Origin: a virus
Lineage: Duplodnaviria > Caudoviricetes
Virus record (IMG/VR): IMGVR_UViG_3300022876_000002
Direction: 5' to 3' (one strand)
DNA length: 64,000 nucleotides
The notes under the pieces were generated by a model. That model saw only the letters and a list, made by a program, of their open reading frames with translations, was not told the DNA's origin and did no database searches. This document shows, one piece after another, positions 39,321 through 49,300 of the stretch; the stretch's first letter is position 1, and every line of letters begins with the position of its first letter. The position numbers and the translations under genes were made by a program.

Positions 39321-41483
39321 ATGGCCACGACGACTACTACCAGAGACAGGGACATCATTAGTAAGTCCTTTCGTCTCTTAACACGCGGCGTACAACCAAC
39401 CGAAGTATTGGACCGGATGGATTGGGACAAGTACTTTAACGTATTCAGCAGCGCTACGGGTGACAATCGATACGTTAACCCTGTGGCGCAATCTAGCCCT
39501 TATACCGACCCACGTTACGGTCGCTTCATGCAAACCCGTGAAGGCGGTATGGGTTCTGTGTATAAAGAGTCCATTGAAGACAACGTAACCCTTTTAACCA
39601 TTGTGCCTAGCGTACCGCAGTTTGCTGGTTTGCTCCAGTTCATTGCGAACATGTTCCGTCCTAGTGCTGCGATCATTGCTAACAAAGGTCGTGCACCAGG
39701 CTTGGCGTTTTACATGGCCCAAGCAGTTACGTCCATCGTGTTTATTCCCATGCAGTTGATTTCTGCTGGGGTACAGTTCCTCAACTTCTTTATGGATAAC
39801 CCGGTAAACAGCTTCTGGTCTTGTAAGCCAGCAGTTGGTGCATTTACCATGGCGTCCACAGGGGTACTGAACGACCTGATGTATCGCTTGGGTTATATCG
39901 ACCCACTGCTGCCTAAACGTGTTCAGGAACAGAATGACCCGCTGTACGGTCTGAAACCTGACTACGATAATACCAAAGCTATTGCTGACCTGCGTCTGCT
40001 GATTCCTGACTCCGTCAACGATGACGGGACAGTGGACTTGATGCGTCTGGTAATGAAAGGTACTCGTAAACACCGTGTCATGCTCCGTGAGCTGGCTAAG
40101 TTGGATAACGAGACCATCCTTACTGTGGATCAGAAAGTTGCCCGTAGTCGACAAGTCCTGGAAGAAGTTGAATTCGATGCGGCTACCTGGGACGGTTCGC
40201 CTAGCCAGGATTACGTGCAACAGGAAATGAGCACGGTAGGTCGTTATCGTGAAGGTGAGGAGAACTATGTAGAGCAAGACTCCGCATGGTACAAACAGAA
40301 AGCCTATGAATCTACCAATAACCCAGAATACGGTGTAACTGGTGTCGGTAGCGTGGCTAGCAAAGATGGTCGGTCGTTAGACACCATCATGGGCGAACTT
40401 GCTACATCGAGTACTAGTGGTAGTTTCGGCACTGGTAACCCTAACGAACCAGCGGGGCGTCCTAAACCTGCTACACAACCCAACGTAGGCGCTACTGGCC
40501 AACCACAGGTGTTTTATGAAGACAACCCTGATGATAGATCATGGGCAGGCGACATATTTGATTTGGCTCGTACTGCTGCCTATGGCGGCATGGACGGGAT
40601 CACTTGGCGAGTCGATGGTAGCGCTGGGCCTACAACCGATTCATTCTCCAACTCTAAGGCTCAGTCTCCACTGGCAAGCAAGTTCAACTCCGTCGTAAAA
40701 GCGGCGAACGACTTCCGTTTTGACATTGCTGGTGGTGCCACAGGCGTTGATATCATCGACGGTGTGGTCAGCATGATTAAAGAGTCTGCTATCGGTGCGC
40801 TGTCCGGTAGTGTGATCGGTAACATCCCCTTAGCGCTGACCAACAACTCGTATATCAAGATTGCCGACCACTGGGACGGTTCCACTACCAACCTGCACAA
40901 AGAGTCTTACTCGATTTTCTTCAACTGTAACTACGCTCACCCGTATGAACAGATCATGAAAATCTGGGTACCGTTTGCTCTGTTCCTGCCGTTGGTGGCT
41001 CCGTTCACTACTGGTGGTGGTTCGTATACCTCGCCGTTCATGTGTAAAGCTTTCTGCCAAGGTCGTTCGATCATTCGTACCGGCATGGTAGAGAACGCTA
41101 CCTTTACTTGGGGTGCTGGTGAACGTGGTTGGACTCGTGATCGTAAGCCACTGAACTTACGTATCGATTTCAGCATCGTAGATCTGGACAACATTATCTC
41201 GGTTCCAATCGATCGTTCGATTAGCCTGCTGGAAGTACCAAACCTCAACGGTATTGCCAACAAGCTGTTCAACGACGACACCGGGTATAACAACTTCCTT
41301 GGTCGTGTTACTGGCGTTACGTTCCTGGACACCTTCCTTAAATACTCGCGTATGAACCGTGGTCTTACTGGCATGGCATTGGATGTGGAAACTAGCATCC
41401 GTGCAGACAACATTGCTAGCAAGATCTCCGACTCTATCGCTGGTAGCTTCGCAACACTCTTTGCTCGCCCTATGCAGCGTTGA
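39321..41483 (+). CDS. Tail/baseplate protein (phiKZ gp182-like)
   Basis: 720 aa directly after the lysin/tape-measure gene; assignment by synteny. Confidence 0.55.
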   Translation: MATTTTTRDRDIISKSFRLLTRGVQPTEVLDRMDWDKYFNVFSSATGDNRYVNPVAQSSPYTDPRYGRFMQTREGGMGSVYKESIEDNVTLLTIVPSVPQFAGLLQFIANMFRPSAAIIANKGRAPGLAFYMAQAVTSIVFIPMQLISAGVQFLNFFMDNPVNSFWSCKPAVGAFTMASTGVLNDLMYRLGYIDPLLPKRVQEQNDPLYGLKPDYDNTKAIADLRLLIPDSVNDDGTVDLMRLVMKGTRKHRVMLRELAKLDNETILTVDQKVARSRQVLEEVEFDAATWDGSPSQDYVQQEMSTVGRYREGEENYVEQDSAWYKQKAYESTNNPEYGVTGVGSVASKDGRSLDTIMGELATSSTSGSFGTGNPNEPAGRPKPATQPNVGATGQPQVFYEDNPDDRSWAGDIFDLARTAAYGGMDGITWRVDGSAGPTTDSFSNSKAQSPLASKFNSVVKAANDFRFDIAGGATGVDIIDGVVSMIKESAIGALSGSVIGNIPLALTNNSYIKIADHWDGSTTNLHKESYSIFFNCNYAHPYEQIMKIWVPFALFLPLVAPFTTGGGSYTSPFMCKAFCQGRSIIRTGMVENATFTWGAGERGWTRDRKPLNLRIDFSIVDLDNIISVPIDRSISLLEVPNLNGIANKLFNDDTGYNNFLGRVTGVTFLDTFLKYSRMNRGLTGMALDVETSIRADNIASKISDSIAGSFATLFARPMQR

Positions 41484-41489
41484 CATACA

Positions 41490-41522
41490 CCCTACCCCTA
41501 GCCTTAACGGCTAGGGGTAGGG
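41490..41522. terminator. 14-bp hairpin between convergent genes
   Basis: ccctacccctagcc-ttaac-ggctaggggtaggg. Confidence 0.7.
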
Positions 41523-41533
41523 GTATAGGGTTA

Positions 41534-42655
41534 TTAACGAGGGAACTCTGCAGCACCACGGAACTGGGTCCGTAGTTCCACCAAACAACTTACTTCTTGG
41601 AACTTACCAGCGGTAGCCAGTAGAGGGATAATCGGTTGGTAACCACTAAGCAAGGTAACCATGTCCTTACTTACCCGCGTCATGATAGCGAGGTTCTGCG
41701 CCATACCAAACTCGGTGTAAGTCAGCCACCATTGTTGCCCGATGATTTTCTCCAGCACTGCTAACATCTTTTCCAGCAATGCAGGGTAATCTTCAGGGAA
41801 CACGTCGTCGTCGAACTTGAAGTTACTGAACAAAGTAGAAACCAAGTTAGGGTACTTCGACATCAGGATCTTGCTGTTAGCACCCGTGCCACCATCGTCT
41901 TCATCCAGTAACTTGAGGACTTCGGTCATCGACTCGATATCCCCGTTGATGATCATGTACTGGAAAGCTTCCAGTGTGGCATCCCGGCGAGCGAAGCCAA
42001 AACCATTCGGATAACTGTTCCAGATAGACCGGTAACTACCCGACATACCAAACATGGCAGTGTTGTAGTACAGACTGTTATAAACCGAAGCAGTCACGCT
42101 ACGGTCTACGAATTCGTCAATACCAGTTAACTTACCAAGCATGCGCATGGTCTCAGCGCCCATCTTGCCGCGCCAGTTCTTGGTAACCCGAAAGGTTTCC
42201 CCGTCACTGGTAATGAGACCACCAATGTTCAGCCCAGTGATGCGTTTGAACTCCTGGCTGATATCACCAGCAATCTTGCGCATTGCGCCTTCTGGGCTAT
42301 TGACTGGATAACCCATACGACGACTAGCAGCCGCGAGGATACCATTCTCGTCAAACACCACACCGTCACGACCAACCTTAACTGCTTTGGTTAAGTCCTT
42401 GGTGTTGAGCAAACCACCAGACAACATACCGACAATACCATCCAGTACGTCTACCACACTGTCACGGTATTCGGTGATCGTCCCTTTAAGCCCGGTGTCA
42501 CGTGCAGTCTTGGTAGCGATACCAGTCTGCATGCGGTTTTGTGTAACGTTGTAAGGGGTTAAGTTGTCACCCTTAACCCGCTGCATCGACGTATTGGTGT
42601 TTTTCTTAAACGCCGTTAAGTCCGGTGCTAAGTTAATACCACTAAAAGCATCCAT
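41534..42655 (-). CDS. Hypothetical protein (373 aa), likely virion-associated
   Basis: Long ORF with RBS GGGAG; sits in the structural region. Confidence 0.7.
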   Translation of the reverse strand: MDAFSGINLAPDLTAFKKNTNTSMQRVKGDNLTPYNVTQNRMQTGIATKTARDTGLKGTITEYRDSVVDVLDGIVGMLSGGLLNTKDLTKAVKVGRDGVVFDENGILAAASRRMGYPVNSPEGAMRKIAGDISQEFKRITGLNIGGLITSDGETFRVTKNWRGKMGAETMRMLGKLTGIDEFVDRSVTASVYNSLYYNTAMFGMSGSYRSIWNSYPNGFGFARRDATLEAFQYMIINGDIESMTEVLKLLDEDDGGTGANSKILMSKYPNLVSTLFSNFKFDDDVFPEDYPALLEKMLAVLEKIIGQQWWLTYTEFGMAQNLAIMTRVSKDMVTLLSGYQPIIPLLATAGKFQEVSCLVELRTQFRGAAEFPR

Positions 42656-42729
42656 TAATAAACTCCCGAAAACAAAAAATAAAAGAAGGTAAGGAGATTA
42701 AGGGACTTGGTCCCCTAACCTCCCCTCCA

Positions 42730-43182
42730 TCATTTCTTTTGTTTCTCTGCGTCTTTGGCTAGCTTCTCGTTGATCTGTTCTTTCCGATCACGACTAACCA
42801 TTCTGATCTTGTCTGAAACCCTTATGATGTTTCCGTGTATATCCTTAGCGGTAACTTCGATCTCACACTCTTCAATTTCCAGAATCGACAAACCCTCCAA
42901 GAACTTACCAAAGCTCAAGTTGGGTTTGTGGAAATAAGTATCCCGAATATTGCCAGTACGAGTCTGCCTCTCGTCCTTGGCTTTTTCGGGATCTGGATTC
43001 GTTACGATCCAATCCAAGTAACGACCCAAATAGTTGGACCACTTAAATGGATTCATTTCAAGCTTGTTAAGGATCCGCCTATACAACCTGGCCGGTGGAT
43101 CCTCTAGCTTTTCGTCTGGAACAAACTTCTTTGATATGCGATCAAGTCGGTTAGCTGGAATGTCATCTTTCTGCTTTGTCAT
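42730..43182 (-). CDS. Hypothetical protein (150 aa)
   Basis: RBS GAGGAGG; overlaps the upstream gene end. Confidence 0.7.
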   Translation of the reverse strand: MTKQKDDIPANRLDRISKKFVPDEKLEDPPARLYRRILNKLEMNPFKWSNYLGRYLDWIVTNPDPEKAKDERQTRTGNIRDTYFHKPNLSFGKFLEGLSILEIEECEIEVTAKDIHGNIIRVSDKIRMVSRDRKEQINEKLAKDAEKQKK

Positions 43183-43777
43183 TTAACCTCCTCAACTGGG
43201 AGTCTATCGCTACTTGCACGATAGTAATAAAGTCATCAAGTACTAAACGGAAGTAACTCGAGTTAAAGAACTCCAACGTTGGACCAGTGATCACTGTACG
43301 GTGTTCTTTAAACGTGTCGCCTTCCTGCTCGTTTATCGGGTTTTCTAAACAGTATAATTGCAACAACTGCAAGAACCCCCAAATGAAATGCATTGCGGAA
43401 TCAGAGTTACTATACCAAGCCAGGAAGTCGGTCTCTTTACTGGAGACATGGAATTCCTTAAAGAACGGATCAAACTTAAAGTGATGCTTTTCTTCTAGTG
43501 CGTAAACGAACGCCAGGGCGTCTCTCGCGGTCTTTGTATGGGCAGTAATACCTAAGGTCATAAACCAGTCGAAGTCTTCACAGATCGCAATTGGCGCACC
43601 GACCAGGCAATCGTATAGACCATGGATCATCTGGTCAAATTTAACTGTGGGTTTGTTAACCCGCTTTTCAAAGTTGGCTAGATACTCCATCAACGAATTG
43701 TAGTAATCGATCTGCACACGTTTGCCGACAAACGGCAGGTTACCAAGCATTTTGAATTTGAGCAGCGCTAAGTTCAT
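43163..43777 (-). CDS. Hypothetical protein (204 aa)
   Basis: RBS AAAGGA; early promoter motif 29 nt upstream. Confidence 0.7.
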   Translation of the reverse strand: MNLALLKFKMLGNLPFVGKRVQIDYYNSLMEYLANFEKRVNKPTVKFDQMIHGLYDCLVGAPIAICEDFDWFMTLGITAHTKTARDALAFVYALEEKHHFKFDPFFKEFHVSSKETDFLAWYSNSDSAMHFIWGFLQLLQLYCLENPINEQEGDTFKEHRTVITGPTLEFFNSSYFRLVLDDFITIVQVAIDSQLRRLNDKAER

Positions 43778-43805
43778 AACGAATCCTTTGTACCTTACTA
43801 GCCTG

Positions 43806-43813
43806 GTAATATA
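43806..43813 (-). promoter_or_regulatory. phiKZ-type early promoter motif TATATTAC
   Basis: ggtaatatagg on +, in a 49-nt divergent intergenic gap. Confidence 0.7.
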
Positions 43814-43826
43814 GGTTTAAAAAATT

Positions 43827-44354
43827 ATGGAAAGTCCATTTGTCTTAGAGTCCGATGAATCGGCGACCCCATTCGTCGACAAGAAACGTAAAATAGATGA
43901 CGAGAACCTTAACGAGGTTTTGGCTCTATTACAACAAACTTTAACCCCTACCGAAGAAGACCAAGAACAAGTCAGCTTCGTTACGGCACTGCAAAAGAAT
44001 CGCCAGTTCTTGCTCCAGTACGCTATGAAAGCCTACATGGAAAAACCAGGTAGCGCTAGTCTGCTGGAAGGTGTTACGTCGTTGCTTGCTCATATGGAGA
44101 AAGCAATCCGTGATGACCGTAAGGAGCGGATGAAGAAACAAGAGAACCAAGACAACAAGCTGTCGTTCAATCAGATGCTTGAAGCTATGTCGATGATTAA
44201 GACTGGGGCTATCCAGATCCCAGTATTCGACGTAAGTAGCTTTATGCTGGACCCTAGCGTGTCGCTGACTGATGGGTTGGATGTCAAGCCCATCAATGAA
44301 GCCGAGCTGGTACAGGGTAACCAGATTATCAGTATCGACGGCACACCCGTTTAA
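43827..44354 (+). CDS. Hypothetical protein (175 aa)
   Basis: Helical, charged ORF; ends at a palindromic terminator. Confidence 0.7.
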   Translation: MESPFVLESDESATPFVDKKRKIDDENLNEVLALLQQTLTPTEEDQEQVSFVTALQKNRQFLLQYAMKAYMEKPGSASLLEGVTSLLAHMEKAIRDDRKERMKKQENQDNKLSFNQMLEAMSMIKTGAIQIPVFDVSSFMLDPSVSLTDGLDVKPINEAELVQGNQIISIDGTPV

Positions 44355-44367
44355 AATAGACTATAAG

Positions 44368-44395
44368 CCCTACTGCACCCTAGGGTGCAGTAGGG
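44368..44395. terminator. 28-nt perfect palindrome between convergent genes
   Basis: ccctactgcaccctagggtgcagtaggg. Confidence 0.65.
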
Positions 44396-44414
44396 TATAG
44401 GAATTATTCCGCCT

Positions 44415-45152
44415 TTACTCATAGTCGTAGAGACTATGTTCAATAGGCAGTAACTTGATAGCAGGAGCCATCATCAACAGGCTAGCCATCATCCAGTCCT
44501 TGTGCGGACCAGCAAAGGTCTCGTTAGGACGTACCAATACATCAGGAATAACGAAGTTGGTTTCAGGGATTGGATTCCCCATGAACGTTTCAGACAGTGC
44601 AGTAAACGACTCATCCAACAACAGGTTGTAGCGGAACACGTAGTTGTACTGGCCATAGAACTTGGCATCGTGTGCACTAGGATCGGAATAGATCGCTTGT
44701 ACCTTAACCAGGCCCTTCAGACCATAACGAATACACTCGACTAGTTCGGCAGTTTGCTCTGCATCGAACTGGTACGGGAAAGTGTTTACATACAGACGGA
44801 CTTCCTTGATGTCCATCGGCTTGTCAGTCAGACCTTCGATGTCAATGATCCGAGCAATCATGGTCTTGATCAACTTGGTGGGGTAGTACATCCCAGTACC
44901 CCAATGCTCCAAGCTACGTTGTGCGAAAATAGCCTTAAAGCGTTCTTCGTCGATACCGATGTGTGTATAGTTGTAAGTATCGAACTTACGATCGCGGTAG
45001 TTACGCTCGATGTACAGAGCCCACAACCGATCCCCTTCTGCTTTACGCTGATCAGGATCGGTGATGTGGTCGGTCATCAAGCACTGTAACAGCCCACGAC
45101 GGTAATCAAAGAACGCTTCTGCGTCAGCATAGACGTCTAATACACGATTCAT
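44415..45152 (-). CDS. Hypothetical protein (245 aa), possibly HAD-like fold
   Basis: N-terminal VYADAEAFFDYR weakly resembles a HAD motif I (DxD here DxE). Confidence 0.65.
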   Translation of the reverse strand: MNRVLDVYADAEAFFDYRRGLLQCLMTDHITDPDQRKAEGDRLWALYIERNYRDRKFDTYNYTHIGIDEERFKAIFAQRSLEHWGTGMYYPTKLIKTMIARIIDIEGLTDKPMDIKEVRLYVNTFPYQFDAEQTAELVECIRYGLKGLVKVQAIYSDPSAHDAKFYGQYNYVFRYNLLLDESFTALSETFMGNPIPETNFVIPDVLVRPNETFAGPHKDWMMASLLMMAPAIKLLPIEHSLYDYE

Positions 45153-45160
45153 TTAAACAC

Positions 45161-45685
45161 CTATTGCTGGGCTGGTTGTGACTCAGGACGAATGGAAGCA
45201 CCGTAAACACGGATAGCCAATAACAACGCGTAATCAAACGGTGTCTTACTGGTTTTAGCGTTACTGTTGCTGACCCAGTTCTCGCTTTTACGTAGCTTGG
45301 CCGGGATCAGGTTTTCACCGCCAGGAGAACCAGCCATGATCTGCGACGCCATGTCACAAAACGCAATCATGGTAGAGTCAGCTTCGGTGTTCAACTCGGT
45401 CCACACAACCATTTGGAAAGCACGCCAGTGGTCGCCCACCTTGTTGGATCCTGCGCCTTCGGTACAGTGCTTACAGAACACGTCATAAGCTTTATCAAAG
45501 CTGACGAGTGGTGCCAGGAATATCTGCCGCAGTGAGTCCATGAAACTAACTACGGAAGGGTCGCCCTGGTCCTTGGACCACTCGAAAAACAAACCAGTTA
45601 CCAGGTTACGCAGGAATGGTAGCCCTGTCAGGTTCTCTTCTAAGATCACCGGTGCAGGAGCTGGTGGTGGAGCTTGCTCAGCCAT
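45161..45685 (-). CDS. Hypothetical protein (174 aa)
   Basis: ORF in the co-oriented run, 3 nt from the upstream stop. Confidence 0.7.
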   Translation of the reverse strand: MAEQAPPPAPAPVILEENLTGLPFLRNLVTGLFFEWSKDQGDPSVVSFMDSLRQIFLAPLVSFDKAYDVFCKHCTEGAGSNKVGDHWRAFQMVVWTELNTEADSTMIAFCDMASQIMAGSPGGENLIPAKLRKSENWVSNSNAKTSKTPFDYALLLAIRVYGASIRPESQPAQQ

Positions 45686-45688
45686 AAG

Positions 45689-46372
45689 TTACCCAAGCCT
45701 TTTGTTAAAGTTAGAGTCCAAGTGCCGCCCACGGAAAAGATGGTAGACCGAAGACAATACCTTGGCGATTGTGCCACGCTGCAAGCTAGCGTTGGTGTTG
45801 GTCTTACCAGTGGTCAACAGTTCGTTCTTGTAATGCTTCAACGCATCCAAGTCACCGCCCTTAACGTTGTACAGTTCGTTAGCCATGATATCCAACCCCA
45901 AGTTACGGAGTACGGTAATCTCTGGCTGACTGATACCAGTAGAACGGGAATCACCCATTACCTGACCGGTGAGGTCGTCGATGCTGTAATCGTTCGCGGC
46001 AGCACCAAACTTGGTAACCTGCATCTGACGTTGCTTACGGAAACGTACCAGACCAGTAATAGCCGTGTGTGGAGTCATCGACTTGATGCCGGTGTCTGCG
46101 TCGTAAACGATCAACTGCTGTTCGATAATCACACCGTATTGCTTGGACAACCGCAAGATACGTTCGTATTCGATCATTTCTTTACGGTTCCAGTTAGAAA
46201 CCCAGATGCTCAGAGGCATGCCCTGTTCCATCTTTACTACAAGGGCTTCTAACTGTTCGTTGTTGAGGGCTTTAAACAAGCGCTCGTAAATAACCTTGTT
46301 ACCGCCACCCTTGGTTACTTCGCCCATGAAGTCTAGCACGTAGGCTTCAAAGGCCTTGCGGTTACTGGCCAT
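45689..46372 (-). CDS. Virion RNA polymerase beta subunit, C-terminal fragment (phiKZ gp149-like)
   Basis: DDLTGQVMGDSRSTGISQPE corresponds to the beta C-terminal TxQPxxG...GEME region; 227 aa. Confidence 0.75.
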   Translation of the reverse strand: MASNRKAFEAYVLDFMGEVTKGGGNKVIYERLFKALNNEQLEALVVKMEQGMPLSIWVSNWNRKEMIEYERILRLSKQYGVIIEQQLIVYDADTGIKSMTPHTAITGLVRFRKQRQMQVTKFGAAANDYSIDDLTGQVMGDSRSTGISQPEITVLRNLGLDIMANELYNVKGGDLDALKHYKNELLTTGKTNTNASLQRGTIAKVLSSVYHLFRGRHLDSNFNKRLG

Positions 46373-46743
46373 TATTGCTTTCTCCGGTAACCGTAGGTAG
46401 TGATGGTTTTGTGTGCGTTACCCATTGCTTCTTTGGCAACGTTGATATACGGATCGCTTACGGTGTTGGTCAGTACCAGGAGCTCGTCGAACAGACCGGA
46501 AATGTTTTCCAGGTTTTGACCGAACACAGTTTTGTTCTTGTCATCCACTGGCAGAGCACTAACGGTTTCATCCAACGCACTGATACCGTACTTACCGCTT
46601 ACAGTCATCAGCGTATAAGCGGACTGTCGATCGGACAACACCTTGTGCAGGCGAACGATATAGTCGTCCACGTTTTCGCACAGACTACAGAAGTTGCTAT
46701 CAGCAACCACCAGGATTACGTTACTACTTTGGACAGGTGTCAT
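46372..46743 (-). CDS. Hypothetical protein (123 aa)
   Basis: TAATG coupling to the downstream RNAP gene. Confidence 0.7.
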   Translation of the reverse strand: MTPVQSSNVILVVADSNFCSLCENVDDYIVRLHKVLSDRQSAYTLMTVSGKYGISALDETVSALPVDDKNKTVFGQNLENISGLFDELLVLTNTVSDPYINVAKEAMGNAHKTITTYGYRRKQ

Positions 46744-46820
46744 CCTAAACCCCCAAACAAAAATAAAAGTATAGTAGGGACCCGGTAAATAAACACGGAT
46801 CCCCCTATAAAAGGTCCGCC

Positions 46821-48299
46821 TTACTTGATCCAGTAAGGCTTACGCTCACCGATTGCAATTTTCAGCAGCTCCATAGTGGACAAGGAGTGCTTCTTAATAC
46901 GTGGGTTGGTGTGCCAGTAATCTACGGTGTTTTCCAGGATGTCATTCCAGTCGTAGCCTTGCTCTTTGATTTTTTCGTAGAGCTCTTTAGGCGTGATCCG
47001 GTATTTCTTATCCAGGTCCAACCAGATCTGTTGCATGTGTGCCATCTGGTAGCAGATGGTCAGTGCACGATACAACTTGGCGTCAGACAAGGTCTTATCC
47101 CAAATAGTAGTACGACCTACTTTAAGTTCAGGATACAGTACGTTCCAGTGGCTGATTGCACTACCCTCAAAACCCCACATCTTCGAGGTCTTGCAGGCGT
47201 GGTACATAGTCAGACCAATTTGTACTCCGAGGCTTTGAGAGCCAATAAAGAAAAAGTCGCCACCAGAAAGGCCACTCTTATTGCGGAATACGTTAAATGG
47301 GTAATAAAGAAGATCGGGGTTTTCTTTTGCATTTGGGTCAAGTTGTACGTCGGGTCCGAATGGATTAGGGTACATCCACTCCTGGTTGTTTTTCATTGCA
47401 CTACCGCTAACGATACGAATACCGGTTTGCGGAATACGCAGCATCGAGCGCGGTGCTTTCAGTTTCTTGCCAGGCGAGATGAATACAGTTTCTTTCTCTT
47501 GTGGCCGACCACTCATGTTGATCACGTCGGTGATCTGAGCAGTCCACCATTGCAGCATACCGATTTCGCCACCGAGGTTGTCTGCGTCTTCATACACGAT
47601 CCGACGCATGTTACCGATCTGCATGTCACGGGTACGCTTCTCGCCACCTTCGTCCACGTCACCTTCTTGGAAGTGAGCCGACACTTTGTGGAAAGGCATC
47701 TCCGAGATCGAGTCGACGAACGACATGATCGGTGTGATGTGTTGCAGTGGCTTACCGTCGTTACCCAGGTAAGGCAGGTCCATGTAGATACCTGGCTTCT
47801 TAGCCTTGATATCTGCCTTAACCATGGCATTCAGGTCTTTGAACAGATGGTGTACCCAGGTACCGTCAACACCAGCAATGGTGCCCATCAGTGCAGGGTT
47901 CTTGAACGGGTTGGCGTTGGTGTCGTTCTTGTTGAAATAGAAGAAGCGTTTGTTGAACACTTCTGCCATGAACTCACCAGGCACCCCACTGTGTCGGTCG
48001 TAAGCTTTCGCAATACGAGTCATCTGCAGAGTAGCCTCGATATCCACCACGAATGCAACCGAAGTAGGGATACGCCACAGTACCGCTACAATGTCTTCAA
48101 TGGTGCTACCGGTTTTCTGCGTGTTGCTACCACCAGTCTTTGCGTTGTTGTGTACAGCCCCGCCGTTGAGGAAGGTAATCCCGTCTTTACCAACAACGTA
48201 TTCCCCGTTGATCATGTCGGATACAGGGTTTACGTTAAACGCCGGAATAATAGAATCCGACGACTCAACTTCCTCAATAAAGCTAAAAGGGGTGGTCAT
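46821..48299 (-). CDS. UvsX/RecA-like ATPase (phiKZ gp152-like); true start MTTPF at 48299 (492 aa)
   Basis: P-loop variant GGSNTQKT, FVVDIEA, Walker B SFVDSISE, VFRNK; the ORF-track extension to 48719 overlaps a real + gene. Confidence 0.75.
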   Translation of the reverse strand: MTTPFSFIEEVESSDSIIPAFNVNPVSDMINGEYVVGKDGITFLNGGAVHNNAKTGGSNTQKTGSTIEDIVAVLWRIPTSVAFVVDIEATLQMTRIAKAYDRHSGVPGEFMAEVFNKRFFYFNKNDTNANPFKNPALMGTIAGVDGTWVHHLFKDLNAMVKADIKAKKPGIYMDLPYLGNDGKPLQHITPIMSFVDSISEMPFHKVSAHFQEGDVDEGGEKRTRDMQIGNMRRIVYEDADNLGGEIGMLQWWTAQITDVINMSGRPQEKETVFISPGKKLKAPRSMLRIPQTGIRIVSGSAMKNNQEWMYPNPFGPDVQLDPNAKENPDLLYYPFNVFRNKSGLSGGDFFFIGSQSLGVQIGLTMYHACKTSKMWGFEGSAISHWNVLYPELKVGRTTIWDKTLSDAKLYRALTICYQMAHMQQIWLDLDKKYRITPKELYEKIKEQGYDWNDILENTVDYWHTNPRIKKHSLSTMELLKIAIGERKPYWIK

Positions 48300-48380
48300 A
48301 CTACGATCATCCTGTATTTTATGAAAATTCCACAGAAGGGCAATTTGCCCTACCCGACATATACCTATTAAGAGGTAGTT

Positions 48381-49247
48381 ATGAAACAATCCGCCATGGG
48401 TAAGGCTAATCCCATCGTTACTGACTTCACCGCAGCCGAACGAGCCGAACTGATCGTTGCAGTAAAGTATCCAAATCAAGTAGCATTGGCTGGCTTTGAA
48501 GCCCTCGGTATTGGTGAACGCTTCGGTCTGTTTTTCAAAGAGGTCTCGACTGCCATCGACAAACGTATGGCGGTGCTGGCTAAAAGCATCCACACGGTTG
48601 ATTTCGCACCAACCCAGAAACACCTGGAACGTAACGAAATCCTCTTCGTTAAAAACACCCACATCGAGCTCCTGGCCCCGATCAACTACCACCCGGGCCT
48701 GGGCAACATGATGGCTCACACCAAGGCTGTTGTCGATGGTGTGTATATCATCAGTAGCCTCAAAACAGAAGCATCGAGACTATATGATTGGTTAAAACAG
48801 ATCCTCACCAAAGGCCGTATGGACACTGATTTCAAGTGGACAATTGGTGAGTTTGGTATGGCTGTAAACCGGTCGGAAGAGTTCATCAAGAACCTGCCAG
48901 AGACCGGTCGTAACCTCAATTACAACATGGGTCAGCTCTACGTCAGCTACGACGAAATCTGGAGCTGCATGAACACGTACAACCAGTCTGTGCGTACCAT
49001 GGGTGCTCGTGACGCTGAGATCACCGCTAAGGTCCTCAGCGACGTTTACGACTTGGGTCGTATCCTGGTGCAGAAAATCCATGCCAACGACATCATGTTT
49101 GATCAGAAGGCTGTAGACGACATCGAAGCTATCGTCAACAAGTTTGCTGAGCTTACTAACGTAGCTGGCGTGATGATGGTCCTGCTCAACGAACTGACTG
49201 CTGTGTTCAACTCGCAGCTGAAAACGTTGCAAGGACTTAAGTACTAA
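48381..49247 (+). CDS. Head protein (phiKZ gp153-like)
   Basis: 288 aa, RBS AAGAGGT, AGFE candidate cleavage site; synteny. Confidence 0.55.
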   Translation: MKQSAMGKANPIVTDFTAAERAELIVAVKYPNQVALAGFEALGIGERFGLFFKEVSTAIDKRMAVLAKSIHTVDFAPTQKHLERNEILFVKNTHIELLAPINYHPGLGNMMAHTKAVVDGVYIISSLKTEASRLYDWLKQILTKGRMDTDFKWTIGEFGMAVNRSEEFIKNLPETGRNLNYNMGQLYVSYDEIWSCMNTYNQSVRTMGARDAEITAKVLSDVYDLGRILVQKIHANDIMFDQKAVDDIEAIVNKFAELTNVAGVMMVLLNELTAVFNSQLKTLQGLKY

Positions 49248-49253
49248 GCAACT

Positions 49254-49298
49254 ATAACCCCCTACCCCAGTCCACTAAGGGCCGGGGTAGGGGGTTAT
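49254..49298. terminator. 15-bp hairpin between convergent genes
   Basis: ataaccccctacccc...ggggtagggggttat. Confidence 0.7.
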
Positions 49299-49300
49299 GC

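Noticed and set aside
48300-48719. 140-aa N-terminal extension of the RecA-like ORF
   Set aside because: Overlaps the genuine + gene at 48381 and the intergenic region; the RecA-like sequence begins at MTTPF.
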